Assembly (NCBI GenBank): GCA_964187785.1
Contig: OZ076411.1
Coordinates: 44,268,001-44,332,000, forward strand
Reading direction: 5' to 3'
Source of the DNA: Amphiscolops sp. MND2022
Lineage: Eukaryota
Length of the DNA: 64,000 bases
Part shown: piece by piece, positions 10,106 to 22,500 of the stretch
How the letters are laid out: every line of letters begins with the position of its first letter
How positions within the stretch are numbered: position 1 is the first letter of the stretch
The notes under the pieces: generated by a model
What the model was told of the DNA's origin: nothing
The model's database searches: none
What the model saw: the letters and a program-made list of their open reading frames with translations, nothing else
Position numbers and translations under genes: made by a program

Positions 10106-11880
10106 CTCAGAAATTAAGAGCGGGAATAAACTATTAGGAACAATTTCCAAACGTCCAAGAGGACTAACGTCTAAAGGAAGAACTGAAAAATGGAATAACG
10201 TCTGAAAAAAGGAGCAACGTATAAAAAATGGACTAAAATCTAAATTCGATGAGTGTCTAAAATCAGACAAAAAAACGTCAAAAATATCAAAAAACCATCA
10301 AAACAATTCTAAAAAACGGGAAAGACTTTGCAAATTGGAAAAACGCCCAAACGACCTATAAATCATGAAAAAAATTAGCGTAAAAAAGTGAGAAAAATTT
10401 GAGACAATAAGGATCTAAAATAAAAAAGTGATATGACTCGGAAATGTCCCCATTTCCTCTAGCGTCCGCGGCTACTTATGTTCCCGTCTTGCTAAGCGAG
10501 GTCGAACAGGAGCAAAAACCCAGCGGGATGGAGATCGCGAAGCGATCGAAGTGGTAACTGGTCTTTGCGACGGTGAAGGCGGGCTTGCATACACCGTATG
10601 TTACCTCATATTAGGTGGGTAGAAGTACACTAATCTTTTTAAACGCTTTTAAACGCTTTGCAGGAGCAAACACTTAGCAAAATTGGAACAATTCGATCTC
10701 AAAATTTCATATTCTTTCCCGTTCTCGTATTTCGTTTGCCCAAAAATTCGACTTCAAAATACCCCACTACCATGGTAACTTCTCTGCAAGGTTTGTGGAT
10801 GCTGAAAGAAGCAAGGTGATTGAGAAGGGAAGCTTTAACGATGAAAAAATGAATTGCTGCTTTGAGAGATTAGTCAATTGTTCCCACTGGAAACCGACCG
10901 CCCCTTGAAACAAAAAATCACAAGCCTTGAAATTCGAACAGCTAGATTGGACGAATATAGGTCAAAGACAAATGAAAAAACGCCCTTGGCTATTATTGAT
11001 GTCGAAATTCAGCAAATAGAAGAAGTCTTGGATTTTCTAGGGGACGAAAAACTTGAAAAGATGAAATGAAATTGCTTGGGCAGTTCCAAGTTTTTGGAAA
11101 CGAAATAATGAGACTGATCGACCTCGGGCATTGCTCCTATCACTGTCGAATCCTTGAGTGGATCGAAAACTTCTGTCAAAAGCACCTTCGTTAAAAATTT
11201 TCGAACCCAATGATGCAAACAAAGTTTTCATATTAAAATCATTGACCAAGATGAAGAGCTGAAAGAGAAATGTCTAAAAAAAGATAGAAATTGATAACGG
11301 TGGATGGAACTAACAGAAATGTAGGTGTTTTCGCATTTGCTTCTAAATTCTAATCATATCAGTTTCAGATCTTATTCCGTTTTTCGAAGTTAAGTATGTC
11401 AAACTTAAGATCTTATTCTTTCAGAACTTATTCCTGTTTTCTATCTGAAAACTCGGGATTTACAGCCAGAGGAATTGCTTTTCAGAATTAGAAACAGATT
11501 TTCGAAATCAAACTTATCAAGTAAAGAAAATATACATTGTTACCTTTGCAAGGAGTGTTTCAGAATAGGCCATTTGAAGGTGTAAAAAGTGTTTATAAAA
11601 ATGATATTTTAATTTGCTGAGAATGCAGTTTTCAAAAGAATGGCGTCTTAAAAGGTAGTAAAACGTCTAGTACTTTAGACGTTATTCCAGAAAAATGTTC
11701 AAGAAAAACTCGGTTTTGTCTTTAGGGGTAATTCCTAGATCAGAAATAACGCTGGAAGAGTTTTGAAAGGTCCTAAATTTAAAGTTTTTAAAATTAGGCG
11801 TGAGCATGAAATAGCTTTAGACATTATCCTGGTTTGGCAATTTAGAACTATTAGTATTTAGGGGTTCAAACACAAGGATG
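10106..11880. mobile_element. Probable large foldback-like element truncating the copia RNase H; left arm GGAATAACGTCT units, degenerate inverse units at ~11340-11880; contains cassette B copy 3
   Basis: TAGACGTTATTCC at ~11674 is the reverse complement of the left-arm unit, and related CTTATTCC motifs recur at 11370-11830. Boundaries are approximate. Confidence 0.45.
10436..10610 (+). repeat. Cassette B, copy 3 (hairpin-less variant)
   Basis: Matches copy 2, including ~110 bp of shared upstream sequence (GGAAAAACGCCC...). Confidence 0.8.
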
Positions 11881-11949
11881 TTAACTTTCTCATTTGTTAG
11901 AGTTCCGTGAGTTTTGCTTCTGGGTTGCATTTTCCATAGGAACATGGAA

Positions 11950-14400
11950 TTGTCCAAGTCCAGAAGTTTGTTTCGTCATAGCATCAATCTAAAACGTCCC
12001 AGTAGAGTGTTGTAAGGTTGCACTTCGGTGAAACGACGATTGTTCTTCAAAATTCAACTTTTTGCTGAATAGATTGTACGGACAAACTGCTCTGTGCCGA
12101 TTGTTTTGTTTTGTTTGTCTGTAATTTTACCGGGAAAATTACCTAAACGTTCTTATCTGGTTCTCGTTTCGTTAACTTCATACACTTGATCATTGGTCTG
12201 AAAAGTCAGGCTGATTCAAAATAATCAAGTGAAAGAAAAGAAGGACGTGGAGTTCAAAGCATATCGACAGTAATGTCTGTTTCTGGTAGTAATCAACTTG
12301 TGAGTTATCATTAATCCATGCCACAGCTTTCTGTTGAACGTTTCCAACTTCTCTTTTATCCTTTTTGCAGTCATACCACGGAGGATATGAGTAGCATAAA
12401 ATGGGGACTTTGCAGGTTTCGTTTTCTGATCACAGTAGTTCTTAGCTTGATTGAATGAAAGGTTTTCGATGCTTTTTGTACCCTTTTACACAGTTAGGTA
12501 TCCAAGCCAAAATGTCACGAATCATCAACCCCAGATCCTTCTGACAACTCGTTTCTGCAATGAAAAAATTCTTATTCCTTTGAGGTTCGGATTTTCGCAA
12601 TTCGTTGAATTCAATACCATTTTGTTATCCCCGCAACAAAGTGATTTAACATCGTTCTGAAGTAATTCAGGGCTGTAAAACTTTTTAAATACCATTACAA
12701 TACCGATAGTTGGAATTCGATTAAATATGCAGGGTGGTCAATGATGAACCCGATCAGAAATAGAGACCGACGATGAAACTTTGTGGTACTCCATCGGTCA
12801 CCAACTTTGGTGACGAAAATGACCTTTTGATTTTGACACTCTGAGTTCTATTTGTGAAGTAGCTCGAGACTAGAAACAAAACTGTGCAAGAAATTCGAAT
12901 TTTTGATACTTTTGAGATCAAAAGACAGTGCGTGAGGCACCTTGTCAAATCTTCCGCAAAGTGTTTACAAAACTGTTGGGTCTGTCACTGCAATGTCGTT
13001 GTAGTTGACTTGCACTTTGTTCAAAAGTAACAAAATTTTAAAGACGACTGATCCATATTGGTTTTCGTCAAAATGTTTCCGACTTTGCTGTAGATTGTAT
13101 CAAACATTAATTTTTTGTTAACATTGGACGTTGAGCAGAGGAGACTCAGTGGCTTGTAGCAATCAATCGATAACTTTCTCCCCTTTTTCGAAAAAAGGAG
13201 TTATTAGTACCAGTTTCTAAACATCGGGATAGGTGCCTTTTTGTGATTTAAAGAGAAGTTTCTGCAAGAGAAAAGTTTCTTCGTATTTTTCATGGTTAAA
13301 ATCCAGAGCCTCATTAACGTTTTTCTCGAGTCTTTTCATTTTCAGTATGTCCGAGAAGACTTTTTTCAATGTCTTTAGCTTTTTCATAATAGGAGACGTA
13401 GTTGAAGTTACACAGGTTGGCAGACTTGTTTTCCGAACTCTAACTCGAGGTGTGAACATTTGGTTTATTTTTTTGGGAAGCTTGGCATACCACTGACTGA
13501 CGTAGTTCATCGACGCTACTGGTGCGGTACGGAAAAAACGGATTTTCGTGTAAACTTCGCTCCATCGCGGCCCAGTTTGAAGTTTTGAAGGGTTATTGCA
13601 CAAATTTTTTGTCGCTAAAGTGGATACTGTTTCCTTGCAAGTCCTAGGTAGAAACGATTGAACCATGGTCCAATCAGGGAACGCGATCAACGCTGTAACT
13701 GTTAAACGTAGCTTTGTCTCCCTACGAACTCAGACCACTGTCACTGTTGTTGACGAGCAGTATATCTAGCTAATAATCCAAAATCTTTTAAAATTTGTGC
13801 GAAGAAAGCACATTGAGGAATCAGTCTTCGTAATCATCAGTAAAGCTATTTTGTTCCAGTTTGTTTGATCGCAATTGTCATTTCCAGTAATCAAAATTCC
13901 GCGGCATCTCTCTTCGCCCTTTAAAATTTCTTGAGCTGTTCTAGCATATTCACGAGAACGCTAGCTGATTGTCTGTACGAGCTTTTACTTGGTGGATAGT
14001 AAAGGCAACAAAGTATAAAACTACTTTCCTGTCTACATTGCCCAATGGTTTTTTGCCTCTGCTTCACTGCAGAGGGATAGATGCTTAAAATGTATTTCGT
14101 GCGAGAGTCTTAAAAGAACACCACCATTCGTGCAGACTGAAGGCAATTATGTTGTCTCTGAATATTTTTTCTAATTCGCTGACCTTCAAATTCGACGATG
14201 TAACTGCACATGGCTTAGTGGTTAAAGACCTGCTCGTCAACCATTTGTCTGTCTTTTGTTCGATTGTTCGTAATAAATTTAACTGAACATGTAACTTGTC
14301 AATTGCGTGATTGTCTAACAGCCTAGTTTTTGAACAACATACTGGAACAACATGTGGTCCTATATTTGAATTGACAGGACTTTGAAATCTCACTGTAAGG
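11950..14400 (-). mobile_element. Highly degenerate CR1/L2-like LINE ORF2 relic (APE + RT)
   Basis: Minus-strand remnants: ELEKIFRDNIIAF (APE start), LDILLVNN (APE end), G.YPDV*K...PFFEKG, ENQYG, SYFTNRTQSVKI...TDGVPQ. Boundaries are approximate. Confidence 0.7.
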
Positions 14401-16812
14401 TTTGATGCCTGAAGTTATGGGCGATTATCAATTGACTTACTTTTTATCTCGAAACGACGAATAGCAGACCTTGAGTTGAAATTTTTGGTCCGTCGACCTG
14501 AAATCCGCTAGCACTCGAGAACTCGAGCAACCGTCGAAACCGAGCCAACCTAACCCTATCCTTGACAGAGCACATCGACAACAGAAGTGATTTGGTTACA
14601 ATTTCAGGTGGATTTTATGGTCTTTTACTTCCGAATCCGCAGTTCTGAGCAGGCGTGGATGGTACAGTCATTGATGCACCCGCAACCCACAACAAAGGTG
14701 AAGCGAGGGATTTTGAAATGCTTGGTCCCTTTGGTGGACCGGTGAGAAACAAGACGATGGAACCTAATCCTGCCATTTTCTTTTCGCAGTAACAATCGGT
14801 TCTTTTCACTGAAAATTGGATCCCAAAAGGAAAATCACAGTTGATTCTCCTATAAAAGAATGCTCATCTGAAAACCATTATCCGTTGTCTTTTCCCGGCA
14901 ACGAAATATTGAACAAGGTGAGGAAAATTTCCTCATCCATCGAAACGATGTTTTCATCCCTGTTATCGGAAACATGTGCTATCAAGACATTGGAACTGAT
15001 ACTTGAAGGGTTCTGTTGTTTAGTTTTCCGTTCATTCATCTGCTGCGATTGTCCATTCTCCGGTTACTTACAATAGTCAAAAATTTTCAATTGAGAACAA
15101 TTTGTGTTGTGGCGATTTCAACATTTTTATCAATCGAATATACCTAACTTCTGATGATTTTCAAGAATTTCTCAAACCAAGTTTGGCATCGTGCAGGCAT
15201 AATAGTAGCAATACTATTGATCTCATCTCTGGATTACAAAAGTGTGAATGAACTCTTGTTACTGTCTCTATATTGCGTCACAAGTGACTAAATTTCGATT
15301 GCTTGAAGAGTCCTATCGAAAACCGTTAAAAATCCGTCAACAAATTCAGAAATCGGAAAAAAATTATCTTAGAGGGTTTTAATGATGATTGTTTTTCTCA
15401 TCTGTTGTGTCTCTTCAGGTGGCCTTTGGTTGACAGTTTTCGGAAACCCTTCAAACGAAAAAGGGACTAAAATCCAGAGAAATTGAAAACCATCTCGATA
15501 CACGACTGCTCTTTTTTCGATAGTGAACTGAGAGCATGTGAAAATATGTCGAAAGGAAAGCGTTTTCAGTAGGGCGCGGGAAATCATTGCTGGACTGCAA
15601 ATGCAAATTGTGAAAGATCGAAACTTCACGCCTTTGCATTAGACACGGTTCTAGTGTTCGGAGAAATAATTAATTGACGCTGATACTTGCAATCTGAAGT
15701 TTGCGACTATTGAATTGTTACTTGGATCCAAAATAAACAAACTCTATCGTCAAGGTTGCTACGTGTTATATTAGCCAACAAACTTTTTGTTTTTTATTCT
15801 TATGCGAAATTCGGAATATTTTTGTTGAAATCCAGGTGTGTATATTTTCAAAAGCCCGGTGTCTTGTGAATTTCTGGATGTCTTTGAAACCAAAGATGAC
15901 TTATCCGTAGAGAATGTTGGCAACCAAGTTTCGTCCAAATCTCAAACGAATCAAAGTGGGCCACCTAGAACTCTCAAGAAACCATTTTTTTCAGTCATAG
16001 GTCCGACATTAAAATTGAATCATTCGAAAGGAGTGTCTTCCCCATTGCTTTCAAAGATGGGGTAAATTGTCCAATGTCTGAAACTGTTGATTCCGACGAA
16101 ATGTCAAATTAGAGATCTATTACGATCAAAAGCCACCATGAACGCTCTAGAAACTCTGCAAAAGAAATTCAACGTCAAGCTACCTGTGTACATACTAGAG
16201 CCGAGATATGGCCTTGACAGGAGACCATGGTCTTACTACAACTCTAGACACGAAGTTTTCTCCCGGAAACAGTCCCCTAGAAAACATTTCCAACGTCAAG
16301 AAGCTCCGTGGCAACGTACCGATCCGGTTTTCTCAAAGTACGGACATTTCCCACAAGCAAGGATAAACAAATCATAAGGTTCCTAGCGTGTTTTCCTGAG
16401 ACCCGTACATACACCCGAGTTATAACTCCAATGAAGCAAAAAACTGAAATGCATTTTATTGAACAGATTTACTAAAAGTACAGGATCCACAGATCGTGCA
16501 TTTCCAAATACTTGGAATCATGCACTAATGACGAAATAACTGCCATTTACCATGGAGTCAAATTTTACGCGAGACGTTAACTTACGTCATACTGTATACC
16601 GGAAAAAGCACACACTGCAGTTTTTGTATTTTTTTGATGTCATGAAAGACTTTAAGCATTTCTGGACGTTTTTTTTGCTGCAGTTGACGTTTTGTGTTTG
16701 TCAGGCTTTTCATTGGGTGTAAATAGTTTGTTTCTTGGGGCGGCTCGGTGTCATTCCTATGTTGCGCTTCCGCCTTCCAAACTGATTTTCAGCTACCTGC
16801 ATGTTTGGCCAT

Positions 16813-18386
16813 TGTCCCAGGCGTCCGCCTGTGATGGCAATACATACTCAATCTGCCACAGTTACAAGAAAGCAGAACCCTTCACCCTTCCATTAAATTA
16901 GAAAACTTACAAGGAAAACTATTATTGTTGCTTTAAAAGTCATGTAAAACCTTATATATTTCATTTTGTACGAGCTATATTATGTAATTCTATGTATTAG
17001 TACGAGTTAATTGGACACCAAGGCGTACAGCTAAAGGAAACGCGTTCAAATGTTTTCTTGCCTGTCGCCTTGGTCCGCAAGTCCGATTAACTCGTCATCC
17101 AATCATAGCGCAGTGTTATGTAAACTTTACTCGTGCTAGCATAATAGATTAAAGGACTAGACAGCTATATGCCGCCTGCTAATAAAGCGCCGGGCTGTAC
17201 CAGTCTATTGGACACTGAGTCCGCGCTTTAATTGAGAGTGCTATTCTAACTAGCAGTACTGGTTATGTAATAATTAATCTTTTGATAACTAATAGAAGGC
17301 GCTATTGGTCCTCAAAGGACTGATTTAATATTTTAGAATTAGTTTGATGGTGTTGCTTCATATGTAATTTGCGCAATATATTTAGTTTGGAATATATGTA
17401 AAATTACTATCTATACATGTAGTAAGCATTTCATACATGTAATATGTATTTCACACATGTAGTACGTTGCTTAGTATGCATGTAAGCAGTTGCTTGTCCT
17501 AACGGACTCATGGTCCCGCCGCCATATTTGCCGCCAAGAAGGACCTTTGATCTATATGATGTAATGTTGACGTTGCCTGCTATTTATAGATTGTAGCTAT
17601 ATTTAGAAAGCCCTTAAGGCTATTTTTAGAATATGATCACCATTTTATTGAGTGTCATGCAGATTCAAATATATATAACCGGGACTGGTGGTCTCGGGGA
17701 CAGAATTATCTTGATGATACTTTGATACGTTACTGTTGCGTTACTGTTGCGAATTGTTTATCAAAACTACCCGTTCATTTTCACTTTGCAAGCCCGAGAT
17801 ATTAATTTAAATTCTTGCCTCTTGCAATAATCTCTTATGCCTTCTACTAGACGACAAAAGGCCAAAGCTAGGAGATCTAGAGAAATGGACATGCTGTCCG
17901 ACTATGATAACCTAGATGTGATGCTGGGAAATGAAAATAATAATCCCATCGAAAAAGAACTAGCTGAAGCGATAGATCGGTCATCGGCCCACGGGGACGA
18001 TGATACAAACGTGTACCATGAAAATGAGTTTAGAGATTACTTACATGAAAATGAACCCTTGAGGCAAAACGAAGTCAGGCAATCCTTTGAGGCCTTTTCA
18101 AGTGAGTTTAATCTTAGATTGTCTCAAGAAATGGAATCTATGATGTCAATAATGCATAGTCAAATAAATAGAGCTATAACAACAGCTATAGCTGAAAGAG
18201 TTATTCCAGAAATCCAGAATATTGCAAACTCAATGTCTTCTATGGGACACAGGGACACTGAGGCCAGCTCGTCCCCAAATAGTCAGGAGAACAGGGAAAA
18301 CGCATCTGGGCCTAAAATAAAAATTGCAAAGAAAGATTCAAGATCTGTAGGTGACTTAAGAGACACCATGGGTCATGGTTCTTACA
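16813..18386 (+). repeat. 5' LTR (TGTCCCAGG...TTCTTACA)
   Basis: Direct repeat of 30779-32352 with the same length; four substitutions counted by eye. Confidence 0.95.
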
Positions 18387-19525
18387 TGGTGACAGGAGCT
18401 ACCGACACCCAACCGCAAATTCCCGAATTTCTGACCGGACGAATCCACTCAATCCCAAACCTAGAGAGACAGCAATCTACACACAATATCTCTCTGGACA
18501 CGACTCTGCCAGCCCCGGCCCCAGAGGTTCCTGAACCTCCTCAGGACCCGTTTAATAGACTAGCCGACGTATTGGTCAATTTGCAAAACAAACCGCAATC
18601 TATGACCATCAGACCCGTACAAACAACCCCGATGACATTTGATGGGAAAAGTGAAAAATTTGAGCTCTTTGAGGACTTGTTCCATACGATGATCAAAATG
18701 CAGCCCACAATGACAGAACAAATGAAAATTAATCACTTTCATTCTTTGCTACGAAAAGGAGCATTACAGACATTTAGGAACATAAACTCAATCAACCGTC
18801 AAACTCTCGAGGACGTACTGGTCATATTCCGGAGGAAATATGTCAAACCGGAATCACAAGCAACGGCAAAGCATAAATGGCACCGATTGACCTTCGATCC
18901 AAGTACAATGAAACTACCAGACTTCTTGGAAGAACTGAACCAAGGTGCAGAAAAAGCATTTGGGGAAAACGCTAAAAGCATGATTGACAGCTTGTTATAC
19001 GCGAAATTACCCCCAAAACTGAAACGATCTGTCAACATGGCCCGTCTGGAGAACGGCACGTATGAAGAAATAGTCGCTCATCTTGAAAGAGAACTGGAAC
19101 TCAATGCATTGGAAGAGTCAGATGATCTGCCAATGGCCACTATGGCCTCGGCGTCCACGAGCCATAACAATTTACTGTCCAATGGCATCAACACAAATAA
19201 AGACGCCCAATGCTCATACTGCAAGGCGACGGGTCACTATTACAAAAACTGCCCGAAACTCAAGAAGAAAAAGGAAACGGAGGACAAAGACGGTAAAAAA
19301 CCTCAGCGTCCAACTTACCCACCGTGTGACACATGTGGCAAAAAGAACCACCCAACCGAAAGGTGCTGGCAAGGCGCTGGCGCCCACCTGCGACCCAAAA
19401 GGATGCAGACAGAACAAAATGACCGAAATGCTATAGACTCCGAAGGAAAGCCTAAAAAAGCAAATGACCCAGAAACGGCTACTTCAAGCCAACCCAATAC
19501 TAAAAAATCTGATTCAAAAAACTAA
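17837..19525 (+). CDS. gag: Gag, 562 aa, two CCHC zinc knuckles; first 183 codons lie inside the LTR
   Basis: Intact ORF; capsid-like FDGKSEKFELFEDLFHTM; knuckles CSYCKATGHYYKNC and CDTCGKKNHPTERC. Confidence 0.93.
   Translation: MPSTRRQKAKARRSREMDMLSDYDNLDVMLGNENNNPIEKELAEAIDRSSAHGDDDTNVYHENEFRDYLHENEPLRQNEVRQSFEAFSSEFNLRLSQEMESMMSIMHSQINRAITTAIAERVIPEIQNIANSMSSMGHRDTEASSSPNSQENRENASGPKIKIAKKDSRSVGDLRDTMGHGSYMVTGATDTQPQIPEFLTGRIHSIPNLERQQSTHNISLDTTLPAPAPEVPEPPQDPFNRLADVLVNLQNKPQSMTIRPVQTTPMTFDGKSEKFELFEDLFHTMIKMQPTMTEQMKINHFHSLLRKGALQTFRNINSINRQTLEDVLVIFRRKYVKPESQATAKHKWHRLTFDPSTMKLPDFLEELNQGAEKAFGENAKSMIDSLLYAKLPPKLKRSVNMARLENGTYEEIVAHLERELELNALEESDDLPMATMASASTSHNNLLSNGINTNKDAQCSYCKATGHYYKNCPKLKKKKETEDKDGKKPQRPTYPPCDTCGKKNHPTERCWQGAGAHLRPKRMQTEQNDRNAIDSEGKPKKANDPETATSSQPNTKKSDSKN
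18387..18399 (+). promoter_or_regulatory. Primer-binding site (TGGTGACAGGAGC), tRNA-Leu-like (uncertain)
   Basis: TGG immediately follows the LTR CA; the sequence resembles the Leu-type PBS TGGTGTCAGGAG. The tRNA identity is an inference. Confidence 0.75.
19516..19522 (+). promoter_or_regulatory. -1 ribosomal frameshift slippery heptamer A AAA AAC
   Basis: An X XXY YYZ heptamer sits directly before the gag TAA; the -1 frame (KLILPRLQ...) is the pol frame. Confidence 0.85.
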
Positions 19526-22500
19526 TTTTGCCACGACTCCAAATACATGACTATATGTCGGTTCGACAATATGTCATTTCAGATCCTCCAATAATCAAAT
19601 ACAGCCAAACAATCAAGGATACAAAAGGAATTCCCACTGTTGTCTGGCAGCAACAAATGGAAAAAGCCTGTATTCGAACTTATAAAATAGTACATAATGA
19701 TCGCCCAGACCGATTTTACGAAACTGACTATACTAAAGACTTCGAGACTCAATTCCGTCCCTTACCCTTGATCGAAGATTATCACCCTCAATACCCCGAT
19801 CCTGATTACGGCAAAGACCCGTATTGGGACGACGAAATCTACGACAGACAAAAACTCCAGTTTAGACAAGACGAATATCCACCAACGGACGACGAGGACG
19901 ATCCCCCGATAGTGGACAACAAACTATCCAGGGCCCTCATTGAACTTTGGCAGCCAAATTCCGAAGCATTGTTAGAAGAAATAGAGGAAACTCAAGAGCA
20001 AGAAGACTTTCAAGGCCCCGACAGCCTTTTAGACGAAACAGCCTTCTTGCACATCCTAGTGGAAAAACAAGGAGAACCGTCATACGTTCCCCTCTCCACC
20101 AACCTTGGCCTCAAAATCAAAAGGCGGATGCTATATTTCCCAATGGACTTTGGAGAACTAACATTAGATGGTCTCATAGACACTGGGGCCCACTCCAGCG
20201 CGATACCAGAAGCTGACCTTAGGAAAATACGGCTACTTGCACCCCAATCAATAGTGAAAGAGGGTCCTGCCACGTCATTCCAAATTATGGTCGCAAATGG
20301 AGACCTGGAAACTCCGAAGAGTACAGTAGAACTGAAGTTCGAAGTAGGGGACATAGAGTTCCACGAAATCTTCATAGTGATGGAAAAATTATCCAGCCCC
20401 ATAATTGGACTTATGTTCTTACAAAGAAACCACACAGTCCTAGATATGCGCCAAGGCATACTTAACTTTCCCTTCTTCTCGATGCAATTGAAAACAGCTG
20501 ACCATAAGTACTCCAATGTAATGGAACTTATCCTCAACCCCGAGGATATAACGATTCCGCCAAATGGACGTACAATCATCCCTATCCAATCTCAAATTTA
20601 TGCAGAAAACGCTGTCACTGGAATCTTACAACCCAGTGACCTTCTAAACGAAGAAAATGATATAACATTTTGTGCCGCCATAGTCACACTGGACGAAGGG
20701 ACTACGAGGATCCATGTCAACAACTTCACAGACCAGCCCTTTAAACTCAAAAAAGGGATGCACATAGCGAATTTCTCAGTGATGACTCCAGAGCAAATGA
20801 AACATGTTAGGCCAATAGACCCAGTGTCCACTTGGCACCTACTCAATGAAAATGAAGAAGATGCTATTTATTATATCAGCAGCCTTCTCAAAGCCAACAG
20901 GAACAATGACCAATACGAACAATACTGGTTTCCAACACCCGAAAACCCAGGGGACGAAGAGTCCCATACTCCAATACAAAAGAGAATTCTTAGAGAATTA
21001 CGAAACCTGCAAGAAGCAGAAAAACTAAATCCACAAGACAATGAAGAATCTCGACAAAAATTCCTCAGTAACTTTGACTGGAAGGACTCAATGCTACAAC
21101 AGCATGAAATCAAACAGATAGAAGCGCTATTAGTCGAATTTCACGACATATTTGCCCGTCATAGGTTTGACATTGGTATGAATGAGGAGTTCACGGTCAA
21201 ATTGACCCCGAAGGACGACTCTCCCGCCTACAGCCAGAGCTTACCAACTCCGGTCAATTTAAAAGAGGACATATTGGTCGAATTAGCGTCACTACACAAA
21301 TATGGTATTATAACAACATTACCATTCTCAAAGTACGCTAGCCCTATCTTTGCACAAAAGAAGCCTAATGGGAAACTGCGGCTACTGGTAGACCCCCGGA
21401 AGATCAACAATCTCATTTCTGATGACTATATCAACAACAACCATCCAGTCAGCACCTTAACGGACGCTGCACAACATATGGCCGGAAAGAAACTTTTCTG
21501 TAAGCTTGACTGTTCGCAAGCATACCATTGCCTTCAAATGGCGGACCAACGGTCCATAGAGATGTTGGCCTTCAACTTTGCCAGCCGAATGTTTGCATAT
21601 CGAAGATTGGCCCAAGGTCTCAGTAGAGCCTTATCGGCATTCTCCAGTTTTATGAGAGAATATTTGGACCGTGTCATCAAAGCCGATCAATGTGCCCAAT
21701 ACGTGGATGATATTGGCATCGCGGCAAACGACGCTGAGCATCTCATTAAAAATCTCAGAGCAACTTTCGAATGCATCCGAGAGGCTGGATTGAAATTAAC
21801 GATGCATAAATGCCACTTCGGAGCAACTGAGATTGATTTCTTAGGAAGGACAATCACCCCTGAGGGTGTCAAGCCCCAGAAGGAACGAGTCATACAATTC
21901 CTAGAAAAAACGAAATTCCCAAAATCCAAAAAAGCCTTACAACGGTACCTCGGATTCCTTAACTATTATAGAAACTACATACCGAGGTTATCAGAAAAAT
22001 TAGTCCCTTTCTTTCAACTATTAAAGAAGGACGAAAAGGTCTTAGTCACAACGGAATTGATTGAAAAATTCAACGAGATCAATAGAGATTTGGACAGATG
22101 CACCCAGCTAGCCCTGAGGCAGCCCTTGCCAAATCGACAGCTAGTCCTGATGACAGATGCTAGCTTCACAGCAGCCGGATATGCTATACTTACTGAAGAT
22201 GATCCAAATCAGAAATTTACCTCAGTCAAGAAATCCTATGCGCCTATTGCATATGGTTCAAAAACTTTTACTCCTTCACAGCTTAAAATGTCAATTTATG
22301 CGAAGGAATTTTTAGCCATCTATTACGCCTTCAAAGAATTTGGACTTATATTCTGGGGCACACCTAAGCCGGTGATTATCCTCACAGACAACAAATCGGT
22401 CACAAGGTTCTTCCAGACTAAAATAATACCGCCGCCATTATGGAACGCGTGTGACTTTGTTATTCAGTTCAATTTCACTATAGCGCACATTCCAGGCAAA

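Noticed and set aside
13217-13260. KGTYPD as a Polinton protein-primed polymerase motif
   Set aside because: Surrounding frames give LINE RT motifs (PFFEKG, NQYG, GVPQ); it is the LINE G.FPD..K motif.
14545-14560. AACCTAACCCTA as a telomeric repeat
   Set aside because: Fewer than two full units; not distinguishable from chance.
15830-16100. DLDETWLPTFS on the minus strand as a further LINE endonuclease
   Set aside because: A single short motif among stops with no supporting downstream motifs; too weak to list.
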